NCBI GenBank assembly: GCA_003135555.1
Contig: PLCF01000058.1
Coordinates: forward strand, 1-27,430
DNA length: 27,430 nt
Origin: Vulcanimicrobiota bacterium
Lineage (GTDB): Bacteria; Vulcanimicrobiota; Vulcanimicrobiia; Vulcanimicrobiales; Vulcanimicrobiaceae
Direction: 5' to 3'
The translations under genes were made by a program, and so were the position numbers. The notes below the pieces were generated by a model. The model saw only the letters and a list, made by a program, of their open reading frames with translations, searched no databases and was not told the origin of the DNA. Of the stretch, positions 1 through 9,102 are shown piece by piece. Every line of letters begins with the position of its first letter. Position 1 is the stretch's first letter.

Positions 1-186
1 AAACCGCGGGGTCACTTCACACCCGCCGCCCGCATCGGGCCGCATCGCCACGAGCGCGCCGTCGCACCCAGCGCAGAGGATCACGTGCGTCTTCGTCCGG
101 TCGCCGTCCTCGAACCAGAAGCGGCCCATGTCGTCGCTTTGCGCCGGGCCTCTATTTCTCTCCCAATCGCGGGGACGCCGATCCAT
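1..186 (-). CDS. Partial hypothetical ORF with a CxxC motif, running off the window edge; possibly a remnant
   Basis: Manual translation: MDRRPRDWERNRGPAQSDDMGRFWFEDGDRTKTHVILCAGCDGALVAMR... It resembles the C-terminus of 13616..13996. Start uncertain. Confidence 0.3.
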   Translation of the reverse strand, partial: MDRRPRDWERNRGPAQSDDMGRFWFEDGDRTKTHVILCAGCDGALVAMRPDAGGGCEVTPRF

Positions 187-701
187 CCGGTGTTACATCG
201 GGCGGAACGTCTTGCGACGACAAGGAGCGAACAATAACAGACTGCGGCGTCGGAGGCACGGCGTTACAGGCTTCGGAGGTGGCTTAGGCGGGTCGTCTGC
301 CATAGTGAGCCTCCTCTCACCAATGCTTTCTTCCAGCGCCGTCTTTTCTCTTGCGCTGTGCTCGGTAGTGCGCGAAACCGTCGGAGCCTGAAATGGATAC
401 GGGTCGGCCCTGTTCGTCGGGGCGCGACATGTGCGGCACGATCTGCGCCCCAATTTGGACATTCGCGCCTCGTCGAATCGATTCTCGCGCAGTGCGGCAT
501 CCGGCACCGCCGGGTGGGGAATCGGCGAGCACGGATCGGCGTCGAGCGCCCTGCGTGCGCGGCTTTTCGCAGATCGTCGGCGGAGCGGGACCCACCCCTC
601 TCAACAGGGGTGCCAGTTTGGGTACCGGTAAGCGTGCCCTGCCGCATCATCGTGAGTAGGGGCCTTCTGGGAAGAGCCAGGCTCGTTAATGCGTTGCACG
701 G

Positions 702-968
702 ATGCTCACGAGGAAGACAACACGCGCGGTGCGGGCTGCCTCAGATTTGGAATCGACTGGAGGTCTCTACACGCGGACCTCGGCTGAGGTATACACGGAG
801 TACGCACTTCCCGGCGATGATCTGTCCCGGGTCCTGCGCTCGATAACGAACCGCGAGCTTCAAGACCGGACCGGGCTAGCACGGAGCACGATCCAGCGCT
901 TAAGAAATAGCACCGTAATGGCTCGGGTAAAAACAACGACGCTACTCCGCGAGGCATCAAGCGAATAA
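702..968 (+). pseudogene. Short XRE-like helix-turn-helix ORF, probably the C-terminal remnant of a larger gene
   Basis: ITNRELQDRTGLARSTIQRLRN fits an HTH pattern. There is no clear RBS, and an in-frame stop lies just upstream at 687-689. Confidence 0.4.
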
Positions 969-1014
969 CGTAAGCTGTCAAACAATGGTCGATAATGGGC
1001 AGTGATCGGATCCA

Positions 1015-1710
1015 TCATTCCTTTGCCGCAACGTCGGCCAGACAAACCATTAGTAGTTGCCGGTGCCATGAGGGAACCGATTGTCCCAAGATTCTAGAGA
1101 CAAGCTCATCTCGTATATTGCTTGCGAACTCCACTCCATCTGAAACGAGACCAAGCGCATCTTCGGGGCTGGTCAGGTCTTTCCGGTCGGTAAGTGTCCG
1201 ATGCGCGAATGCACCTCGTGCCCTAAGTAATCGATGCAGTGACGCTTCGAATCGGCTACTCGTACTCAGTTCAATCCCAAGCGGCCAAAAGAGTCGACGG
1301 AGATGTTTTCGCCCTGCTCCATGATTCCCAAGCTCGACGTGCTGCGCAAACCTGTCACACGCGTCAGAAAACGCAGCTTGTAACGTCCCCATGAAGTCGT
1401 GATGAGTTGGGTCGCCATAAAGATAGCCTTCTTTTTTGCCGTGATACAGAAGCATCGGCGCTCGAAGTGCATCTCTCCTCGCGTCAGTTCCGGCCGTATC
1501 TCTAAGCCACTCGAGATAAAGCAAAGCAAACGACTCCAGCGTGTGTTCAAGTGACGCATATGATAGAACGCAAAATGACTTCACATCTATAACGTAAGCT
1601 TCTGGAGGTTCTACGGCGCCGACGTGTGGATCGATGAAGTTCCCTTTGAGCTGCAAAACGCCATCAGCGAGTGCACCCAGCAACTCGTCTATGGCATCAA
1701 CGGCGCTCAT
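1015..1710 (-). CDS. HEPN domain protein (RiboL-PSP/MAE_28990-like), putative RNase effector
   Basis: R-x4-H motif (RGAFAH) and an N-terminal helix with conserved Glu (SFCVLSYASLE). ATGA overlap with the upstream DUF262 gene. Confidence 0.75.
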   Translation of the reverse strand: MSAVDAIDELLGALADGVLQLKGNFIDPHVGAVEPPEAYVIDVKSFCVLSYASLEHTLESFALLYLEWLRDTAGTDARRDALRAPMLLYHGKKEGYLYGDPTHHDFMGTLQAAFSDACDRFAQHVELGNHGAGRKHLRRLFWPLGIELSTSSRFEASLHRLLRARGAFAHRTLTDRKDLTSPEDALGLVSDGVEFASNIRDELVSRILGQSVPSWHRQLLMVCLADVAAKE

Positions 1711-3434
1711 TGCTCGATTAGGATCTCCGGCAATTCAAATGTTCTCCCAAAAACATTCGATGCTAGTGTCGCGACGTGTTGAAAGCGAACTTTATACTGA
1801 TCCAAACTTTTTGTCGTTACGCTTACTGACGACCTAAAATCGTTGCTCAACGAATAGAGGGCGATAAAGCCGTTACGGAAGGACTCCTCCTTGCCCCGAA
1901 GCTCCTTGTCCGACACTTGCCGGATGTACCATATTTGTGTCTCGAATATCGCACGATTAAAGCGACGATCAAATGTGCCTTTAGGCATCGGTCGGCGCCC
2001 GACCGAAGTCGCTCCGCCAAATATCGCGATGAGTCGCCTTATAGCGCTCTCGAAAGATTCATGTGCAAGTTCCAGCTTGTTACGATATCGGCGCCAATCG
2101 GCGTTGAATTTATTTGTCACTTCATCAAGGAAACCACGCAAGTTCCCTCGGTATAGTTCAAAGTGTAACACTTGAGCGAAGTATCGCAGCATAATTTCTG
2201 AATCGCGATATCGCGGGTCTGGACCTGAAAGGCCAAGAACGTCGTGAATTTGGGTTTTTTTACTGGTGAGGCGGTCCAAAAACGTTGTAAATTCGCCGCG
2301 GTACAAAGATTGGCGGAGTTCCTGTGGACTAAGGCTCACTGATCCGGAATTCAGACGATAGAATACGTAATATAGGTACTCGTAAGATATGGAACTTCGG
2401 CTCGATATTACGGCGCAGCGGACATCAGCATTCATCAATTCGCGATGTGCGGAACGATACTTTGGATTGTTTGCTAATTCTGCAAACGAGACGCCATCTA
2501 GGTCTGGAAGAATATTTAGACCGGACAGCCGATGCTTTTGCCAATACGGTACTGTAGTATCAATGTATCCCCAGAGTGTCATCAGGCGTTGTCGACCATC
2601 GATGACAATAAACGACCGTTTCTCGTCGGGTTTTTCCGCAAAAACGAGTTGAGGAACCGGAATGCCGGCTATGAGGCTTTCGATGAGGCCGCTTCGCTTG
2701 TCATCGGTCCACGCATTCCGCCGCTGGAATTCCGGATCGAGCTTAATATTGCCGGACGTAATCTGGTCGATCACTGTCGCGACAGTCCAATCGCGCGAAT
2801 AAACAACGAGGTCGCGATAGTCTGGCGGCGTTTGGAAGTCGGCGAGAGTCTCGTCGGGATCTTCGTAAAGACCAACGGTATCAGACTCAATCTCGGCGGT
2901 CAGCTCTTCCACGTTAGTTTCACTGGGGCACAAGAGACTGATTAGTGCTGCGCTAACGCCCTGTACCGAAAGTTCGTCTATCGAATAGTTCCGTGGTTCC
3001 ATCCACTCGGCTCGATCGCTGAGCCGGTTGCCGTCTGCGATCGGGCCGCCCGGCGGAATTGATGGGACGAGTTGTGCCGTATCCTTGCTCAGAACCCGTA
3101 GGACGCCGCCGTGTGCGCCGCGCCTGAGTGACCAAGTTCGCTCGCTTGTTTCTGTAATGTCAACTTCGCATGTCTCGAGAACGCGAGTTGCAATTTCGGC
3201 GAACCATTGGTAAATGTCCAATCGCTGATTCCCCCGGGAGAGGCGCTGACGCGGCGACTCTCGATTCTCCTGCTGTTTGCTAAGGGTGGTTGATTGGGGG
3301 TGGTCCGGCGGTTGCTTTGCGAATGCCTGCCGCGGTTGAAAGGCTGGAGCTAGAATGACGCAATAATCATCCCGCGTATTTCGGCCGGGGACGGCATTTC
3401 CTAGACCTAGTTTGGTGTTCGCCGCCGCCGGCAA
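1707..3434 (-). CDS. DUF262 (GmrSD N-terminal, ParB/Srx-like) domain protein; true start probably downstream (ATG near 3003 or GTG 2912)
   Basis: Motifs PEFQRRNAW, LIESLIAGIPVP, VIDGRQRL and FYRLNSGSVSLSPQELR. The first ~140 codons look less protein-like. Confidence 0.88.
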   Translation of the reverse strand: MPAAANTKLGLGNAVPGRNTRDDYCVILAPAFQPRQAFAKQPPDHPQSTTLSKQQENRESPRQRLSRGNQRLDIYQWFAEIATRVLETCEVDITETSERTWSLRRGAHGGVLRVLSKDTAQLVPSIPPGGPIADGNRLSDRAEWMEPRNYSIDELSVQGVSAALISLLCPSETNVEELTAEIESDTVGLYEDPDETLADFQTPPDYRDLVVYSRDWTVATVIDQITSGNIKLDPEFQRRNAWTDDKRSGLIESLIAGIPVPQLVFAEKPDEKRSFIVIDGRQRLMTLWGYIDTTVPYWQKHRLSGLNILPDLDGVSFAELANNPKYRSAHRELMNADVRCAVISSRSSISYEYLYYVFYRLNSGSVSLSPQELRQSLYRGEFTTFLDRLTSKKTQIHDVLGLSGPDPRYRDSEIMLRYFAQVLHFELYRGNLRGFLDEVTNKFNADWRRYRNKLELAHESFESAIRRLIAIFGGATSVGRRPMPKGTFDRRFNRAIFETQIWYIRQVSDKELRGKEESFRNGFIALYSLSNDFRSSVSVTTKSLDQYKVRFQHVATLASNVFGRTFELPEILIEQ

Positions 3435-4141
3435 ATGCGGCGGGCCAAAGGTTTTCGAAGTCCTGTCTCCTGGTCCACGCCGGAAGCGTCGAGTGGCAGG
3501 GACCGCGCATCAGATGGCTCCAGCTTATCGCCAACCGGCAAGGTCCTTGTCGGCTCATGGGGGGCCGCGTTTCAGAGGGCCCTATCTCCTATCCCGGCTG
3601 CGCGCCGATCGCGGTTGCGACGAATTGGATCGTGACGAGGGTTGGCGAAGACCGCCCGACCGCCACTTTCCTCGGCGTGAGGCCTGCGCGCCAAGTGAGG
3701 TGATGCTAATGCGCGGACCTGCCGAATGTACCGCACTCGCGGGGGCACGTTGGCCTGCGCTGAGGCGCGCAGACGAGCGTGACGATGGAATGGCGACGAA
3801 GATCGGCAGCCCTCGCGCGACTCTCCCGAAACCGACCGGTTCCGGGATGCGGGACGAACAGCGCTGCAACCCGGTGGCGTCGGTCCCGAAATATCGTCCC
3901 GGAACTCGCGACATGGCCCTTCGCGCGGCTCGCGAACGGTGGCGAGACCCAGGCCGTTGCTCGACGCGCTCGACCTCCTCGCGTCGCGGCTACATTTCGC
4001 GGTCAGGTGGCGGCTAGCCACGCGGCGGCAGAATGAACCGCATCGGATCGAAGTCCTCGACCGGCCTCGCAGTGAACGAGTAGAACCTGGATTGCAGCCA
4101 TCCGCGCACCTGGCCCCCAAGAGCGACGCCGTACGGACGTG

Positions 4142-5308
4142 CTACGTGCGGAACACGACTTCAAGCTCCCAGACGTCTTTTCCGCGCGCGCGTGCCCGGC
4201 GACCCAGACTGAGGATCCGCTCGATCGCGGCCGATTCCATGCACTCACTCTGCAGCTCGGCACGGTACCATTCCCAGAAGTCCCCACCGCCCGCCGCGCG
4301 CGCGTCGGCGCGCTTCGCTGCCGCCTCGCACTGCTCGAGCAATTCTTGGCGCTGCGCGTGCTCGCCGATGCGGTCGAGTCGCCGCATGATCTCATCGCTC
4401 CAGCCTTGCTGGTTCTCCGAGCTGAGCCTGCGTTCCCAATCAAACTGCGGCACCGCAACGTCGATATCGAATTGCGGGTCCGGCGCGCCGAGAAGTGGCT
4501 GACGATATCGGATTCCGCCCTCGACGGGCATTACGACCGGGAGCCTACACAGGTACGGGTACGCGTCGAACAGCAGCACACTGACGTACGTGCGGTCGCC
4601 GGCGGGAAAACAGGTAATCTCGTGGCGCGGCGGCCACGCCGACGGGAACAGCACATTGTCGAAAGGCGGCGTGCGAACATACTTGCCGCCGGCGAGTTGC
4701 TCGCCGAACACGAAGGGCAGCAATTCATTCGCGACGGCCGCCGGGACGTCGCTGATAAACCCGGCGAAAAAGTGAAGCGCGATCTTTAGCACGCCGGCCT
4801 CCGACGCGCGGTCGGACCCAACCTCGAACGTGAGCGGCGGCGCCTTGCCGATCGTCGCGATGACGTGGTTTGTGCCGGTCGTCGCAAACGCGCCTTGCCG
4901 CATCAGGTTATCGAGCCGGGAGAGGTCGCCCTTTGCGCGCGTGATGCGCCCGCGTTCGTCACGCTTCTCGACTTCAAGAGCGAGCAACGGGACGCGACCG
5001 TCGGAGGTGACCGTCATCGTCCGCCCGTCGTCCGTTACTCCGTCGAACGAGACGCCGACATTTCCGTCGTGACGGCGCACGCGCAGGAGGTTGACCAGCG
5101 GGCGGACGTTCGCGCTGAACGGTTCGTCGGTCCGCGCGCCGATGATGCGGTTGTGCTCCGGGCAGAGGATGTTGGCCCAGAGCCTGCCTCCAATCGCCTG
5201 CGGCACGGCGTGCTCCCCCGACGTCGCCGGCCTCGTGCAGTACAGGCACTGCTCCGGCGCCCTGCGGTGCCGATCGATGAGCGCGCCGGACGTCAGTCGG
5301 TCCATCAC
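4142..5308 (-). CDS. HNH endonuclease (N-terminal HNH_5-type domain plus uncharacterised C-terminal region)
   Basis: CLYC...EHAVPQAIGG...LCPEHN pattern in a 388-aa ORF. Confidence 0.8.
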   Translation of the reverse strand: MMDRLTSGALIDRHRRAPEQCLYCTRPATSGEHAVPQAIGGRLWANILCPEHNRIIGARTDEPFSANVRPLVNLLRVRRHDGNVGVSFDGVTDDGRTMTVTSDGRVPLLALEVEKRDERGRITRAKGDLSRLDNLMRQGAFATTGTNHVIATIGKAPPLTFEVGSDRASEAGVLKIALHFFAGFISDVPAAVANELLPFVFGEQLAGGKYVRTPPFDNVLFPSAWPPRHEITCFPAGDRTYVSVLLFDAYPYLCRLPVVMPVEGGIRYRQPLLGAPDPQFDIDVAVPQFDWERRLSSENQQGWSDEIMRRLDRIGEHAQRQELLEQCEAAAKRADARAAGGGDFWEWYRAELQSECMESAAIERILSLGRRARARGKDVWELEVVFRT

Positions 5309-5670
5309 CTGTATTTAACCGCGCGTGCGCGCTGGACGATGCGGATCACGCCCCCATCCTCATGCCAGGCACTCAGGCACGAAGTGTGGCGCGCAGCGTG
5401 GAGGCGCAGGGACGAGATCCCGGCGGCGCTCGCGAGCCACGGCTTACCCCTCGGCGTCCACCGGCGGCGTTTTGTCGGTCCAGCCGGCGGCGAAAATCGA
5501 CGACGACCGATTCCGAGCCGACGAGCGGGATGGCGGGTACGTCTTGTCAGACCATGTCCGAGGAGACCGAGGCGCACAAGAAGGCGAAGGACGCCGCCAA
5601 GGCCGGCCCGGGACCCCGCCCTTCGCTCGACCGGTGTAACTGCATCGAGCACGTGCGGTAGAATGGCTGC

Positions 5671-5865
5671 ATGCCGAGCTACAACCTTTTTCGCTGTCCG
5701 GACGGCCATGAACGTCGATCGTACGGATCCTTCGGCCTCAGCAAGGCCGGCTTGCCGCCGACGGAGCACATGCTGTGTACTGGGACGGCTGCCGGGGGTT
5801 CGCCGTGCAAGAAGCTCGCTGTCTTTGTAGCATTTGTGAAAGACGAGCCTCCGGCGGCTCCCTAG
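5671..5865 (+). CDS. Small Cys/His protein, putative zinc ribbon, probably leaderless
   Basis: CPDGH plus two further Cys. TAGAAT at 5659-5664 lies 6 nt before the ATG. Confidence 0.5.
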   Translation: MPSYNLFRCPDGHERRSYGSFGLSKAGLPPTEHMLCTGTAAGGSPCKKLAVFVAFVKDEPPAAP

Positions 5866-6149
5866 CCCAGCGCCCTCGCGATCGTCACCGCGACGTTCAT
5901 TGCGACGAACCGGTCCCGGCGGTCCCCGATGCTCAGCATGACGCGCCGCTGAGCGCCCTCGCGCCACACCATCCAGCGGTCGATAGTCATGGACTCCGCG
6001 CCGCGACGGATCGCGATCAACCGGCCGCGCCGGGTAACGGTGACGTCGGGCAACCGCTGTCGCACGCCGGCGACGACGAGCTCCGCGAATGCATCGAACC
6101 CAATGTCCGGCCCAGCCGGCGGGATCTCGGAAGCTCGAGCAGCGCCCAT
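5862..6149 (-). CDS. Hypothetical protein
   Basis: 95-aa ORF with protein-like composition. Its stop overlaps the stop of the convergent 5671..5865 ORF. Confidence 0.45.
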   Translation of the reverse strand: MGAARASEIPPAGPDIGFDAFAELVVAGVRQRLPDVTVTRRGRLIAIRRGAESMTIDRWMVWREGAQRRVMLSIGDRRDRFVAMNVAVTIARALG

Positions 6150-6255
6150 CCCGCGATTGTAGCCGTTGGCGAGCGCAGCATGGTAATGCAGCGAGCCGCG
6201 GTCGAAGGCGGGGCGACGAGGTCGCGCGTGATCCTCGTGCTGAAAAGCGAACGCT

Positions 6256-6714
6256 ATGCCAAAATACGAGGGACCAGCCGCAGATAGCCCCGGCTACGCG
6301 ATCCGCGACAAAGGCTTGATGCCGTTCATTCCCGTGGTGCTGAGCCAGCCGTATGACCCCGCTGGTCTGACCCTGGCTGGCACGCGGCCGAACACCGGGC
6401 GGGCCTGGGCGCTCGTCGACACTGGAGCGAACATCACGATCATCCATCCGAACGCCGTCCGCGCCCTCGAACTGCCGGCAACCGGGACGCTGAAATCCAA
6501 GGCGCAGCACGGGCTGATCGCCGGCCGCCGAATTCGTGTTGGCATTGTCGTCGTCACCGACGAGATGAACACCGACAATATGACGTTTCTCGACGCGCTG
6601 GAGCATGAGTACGCCAGTGCACACGACGCGCAGATTGTTCTCGGCGCGAATTGGCTGGACGATCGTCACTTGGTCTATGACGGACCGAGGCGACACTTTA
6701 CGATCAGCTGGTAG
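6256..6714 (+). CDS. Retropepsin-like (clan AA) aspartyl protease
   Basis: ALVDTGA catalytic motif and C-terminal IVLGANWL motif; single-domain size. Confidence 0.85.
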   Translation: MPKYEGPAADSPGYAIRDKGLMPFIPVVLSQPYDPAGLTLAGTRPNTGRAWALVDTGANITIIHPNAVRALELPATGTLKSKAQHGLIAGRRIRVGIVVVTDEMNTDNMTFLDALEHEYASAHDAQIVLGANWLDDRHLVYDGPRRHFTISW

Positions 6715-6913
6715 CGCTGCTGCGCGCCGTCGCTCCGCGTTTGCTCGAGCGACTTCCTGAGCGTAGGCGTTCTTCGAGCTTCCCGACGCTTCTCACCGCC
6801 GCGGGCGGCCCGCGCTGGTACGCCGCTCGAGCGCGCGGCCTTATCCGTCCGTCCGTCCGTGACATCAGCCGCGCGACCCCGGGACCCCAAAGGGCGACGA
6901 AGAAGCTCGCATC

Positions 6914-7408
6914 GTGACCCAAGCCCAGATCGCGACCCTGGCGAGCGTAGGTCCTCAACTGCTCGCGTTACTGATGGGTGCTTTCCTCGCGGTCGCTGGC
7001 GGCCTTTGGCTCAAGTGGCATGACGAGCGTCGCGCCGCGCGAGCCGTCCGCGTTCAGTTTGTTCGCCTGTTGGCGCTAGTGCGCGCTGCAATCGCTCCGT
7101 TCATCGACGACCGGACGGCGCCGATGAGCCTGCTCTCTGATCCGTCGATCAGCTACCTTCGGGAACGCGCGTTCTCCGCTGACGCGGCGCTGGCGCTGAC
7201 CGAGCGCGAGAATCACCTAGTCCACGACGCGCTGCAGCAACTTCTGCGCTCGACGGACTATATCGACGAACGTCGGCGGGCTGCAAGCCCCCAGGCGAGC
7301 GGCGCGAGTCTTGCCATCATCCAGAATTTCCACGAGATTCCCGACGCCGCACGGGAGGCCGTTGTGCAACTCGACGCCGCGGCCGCCGAGATTCAGAAGA
7401 ACGTCTGA
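6914..7408 (+). CDS. Hypothetical protein with an N-terminal transmembrane helix
   Basis: Hydrophobic LLALLMGAFLAVAGGLWL followed by basic residues and a helical domain. Confidence 0.65.
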   Translation: MTQAQIATLASVGPQLLALLMGAFLAVAGGLWLKWHDERRAARAVRVQFVRLLALVRAAIAPFIDDRTAPMSLLSDPSISYLRERAFSADAALALTERENHLVHDALQQLLRSTDYIDERRRAASPQASGASLAIIQNFHEIPDAAREAVVQLDAAAAEIQKNV

Positions 7409-7499
7409 CGCCACCGGGCCGCGACGGCGATCTCACCATATATGGGCGTAGGCAGTAGGGTGGCAGTAGAGGATCCGGGCTCTAAAGCAAGCAGGTGAT

Positions 7500-7526
7500 A
7501 AAAAACCGCGCCGTAGCGCGGTTTTT
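7500..7526. terminator. Bidirectional intrinsic terminator
   Basis: AAAAACCGCGC-CGTA-GCGCGGTTTTT perfect hairpin with A/T tracts on both sides, directly 3' of the tRNA-Ile fragment. Confidence 0.75.
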
Positions 7527-7527
7527 C

Positions 7528-7576
7528 TGGTGGGCCATCCTGGTCTCGAACCAGGGACCTCATGCTTATCAAGCAC
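7528..7576 (-). pseudogene. 3' half of tRNA-Ile(GAT), att-core-like fragment
   Basis: Minus strand reads GTGC-TTGATAA-GCATG-AGGTC-CCTGG-TTCGAGA-CCAGG-ATGGCCC-A-CCA. No D arm or 5' acceptor strand upstream. Confidence 0.8.
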
Positions 7577-7716
7577 AATCCGGCCCCCAGCTAGCCGCTC
7601 GGCTTGGGATCGAACCCCGACTCGAACGAGCAAGGGGATCGCGGGCCGCAAATGAAGCGACGTGACCGTCGGAGTACCTTCCGATGTGCCGTCGCCATAG
7701 GAAGGGCTGCCGTCTG

Positions 7717-7830
7717 CGGTTGCCATTCGGTTGCCGTCAGTGGCAACTGTCGGCGACCTTTAACAACCCCACTGGTGCGAAACCCCCTAACTTTTACGAG
7801 GGATTTCAACCGTTGGCGACTCTTGGCAAC
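7717..7830. repeat. Phased short repeats, candidate integrase arm-type or accessory binding sites
   Basis: CGGTTGCC at 7717 and 7728; GGCAAC 7742 and GGCGAC 7752; TTGGCGAC 7813 and TTGGCAAC 7823. Spacing is 10-11 bp. Confidence 0.5.
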
Positions 7831-7839
7831 CCTCGCGTG

Positions 7840-7867
7840 GCGGGTTCGATTCCCGCCGCCCGCTCCA
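7840..7867 (+). mobile_element. 3' fragment of tRNA-Gly, probable attR marking the right boundary of a genomic island
   Basis: GCGGG-TTCGATT-CCCGC-CGCCCGC-T-CCA is a T arm, a Gly-type acceptor 3' strand, U73 and CCA. No 5' part is present, and accessory genes lie to the left. Confidence 0.75.
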
Positions 7868-7883
7868 ATTTCACGAGGGAACC

Positions 7884-9092
7884 GTGACGATCGTACGGCG
7901 CGCATGCGCAGGTATTCTGAGCGCGGCTTTGCTTTTTGCGGCCGTGGTCTTCGGAACGGAGTCGCGAGCGAGTGCTGCGGCCGCGCTGACCATCGACTCG
8001 AGGATCGAGTGGCATCCTCCGGCGTCGGCAAGCACCGACGATGCGGCGTGCGATGCGGCCAAAAATCCGCCAGGGTACACGGCCTGCCGGATCCTGGTGA
8101 TGCGGGCGAACGGGGCGTCGCCTCAAGCGGTCGTGTTTGCCCGGATGTTGTCAGCACAGCGTGGCTTCTTCGGGTACGCTCAGCACGTCGATGCGGGCCG
8201 GTACGGGCCGATCGCGCGGGTTGCGACATTGGGTTCGGGCATCTCGACGTACGCGTCCGGATATTACGCCGGCCCAAATCTCGAGTTGACCAGTACGGAA
8301 GACGACCGGTATGACGCTCGCCTACATCTTGCGCGAAACCCGACCTTTCGTGCGCTGCTCGCCGCGCATCCGCAAGCGACGCTGTGGGAACAATCATCGC
8401 CGGTCAGCGAGCTCCGGCGGCCCGGTGGAGGTCAGCGCTTCGTTTCCGTACGGCCGATCGTCGACGGTTGTCACGCCTGCAAGCTGCTCGGCGCGGCGCA
8501 AGTGGGCTATGACTTCGACGCCGCCGGGCGTTTCGTGAGCACCGTCCTGCTCGACGTGCGGGCCGGCGAGGCCGCCTGGTTCAAGCCGCGAGCGCTATCG
8601 CCCGCGGCCGGTGCCATTGCGGCGCCAAACGATTTCTCGACGCTGCGTGTCACGGGCATCGACCCGGCCCGTGTCTGGATGTCGGTGCGCCAACTGCGCG
8701 ATCAGGGCCTCGAGGTGGCGGGCGGCGGGAGGATCGCAGTCCGCGTCCCGTTGCTCAGCGGCAGAGGCTGTGAATTCAGTCCAACGTCGTCTCTGCCGGG
8801 CGTCGGCGTCATGTTCACCAACGGCCGGGCGACGCGTTTCGACGTCACGACGCGAGAGATCCCGACTGATCGTGGCATTCGCGTCGGCGACTCGGCGGCA
8901 ACGTTGATCAAGGTGTACCGCACACTGCGAGCGACACGCGACATCTATATTCACGGCGGAACGGACTACGAGTTTGCGCCCGGCCCGCCGTTCGAACGCT
9001 ATCGACTCACCTTCATAACCGACGGCAAGCGCGTCTTAGCCGTGTATGGCGGACGTCTACCGGAAGTCCGCTACGTCGAGCATTGCTTCTGA
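7884..9092 (+). CDS. Secreted hypothetical protein, probably two domains
   Basis: Signal-peptide-like N-terminus, a CHAC motif and a 402-aa ORF. Confidence 0.7.
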   Translation: MTIVRRACAGILSAALLFAAVVFGTESRASAAAALTIDSRIEWHPPASASTDDAACDAAKNPPGYTACRILVMRANGASPQAVVFARMLSAQRGFFGYAQHVDAGRYGPIARVATLGSGISTYASGYYAGPNLELTSTEDDRYDARLHLARNPTFRALLAAHPQATLWEQSSPVSELRRPGGGQRFVSVRPIVDGCHACKLLGAAQVGYDFDAAGRFVSTVLLDVRAGEAAWFKPRALSPAAGAIAAPNDFSTLRVTGIDPARVWMSVRQLRDQGLEVAGGGRIAVRVPLLSGRGCEFSPTSSLPGVGVMFTNGRATRFDVTTREIPTDRGIRVGDSAATLIKVYRTLRATRDIYIHGGTDYEFAPGPPFERYRLTFITDGKRVLAVYGGRLPEVRYVEHCF

Positions 9093-9102
9093 GCGCGCCG
9101 AA

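Noticed and set aside
193..303. 36-aa minus-strand ORF (MADDPPKPPP...) with a strong GGAGAGGAGG RBS
   Set aside because: May be a real but truncated start; too short and featureless to call.
3435..4140. Several overlapping ORFs and a DLRRHS string resembling an integrase HxLRH motif
   Set aside because: No frame gives a coherent protein and no other tyrosine recombinase motifs are visible; likely decayed DNA.
5305..6696. 463-aa minus-strand ORF
   Set aside because: Arg-rich shadow frame overlapping the better-supported aspartyl protease and small genes; no motifs.
7606..7627. T-loop-like GTTCGA motifs on the minus strand, a possible third tRNA fragment
   Set aside because: No acceptor strand or CCA follows; too short to distinguish from chance.
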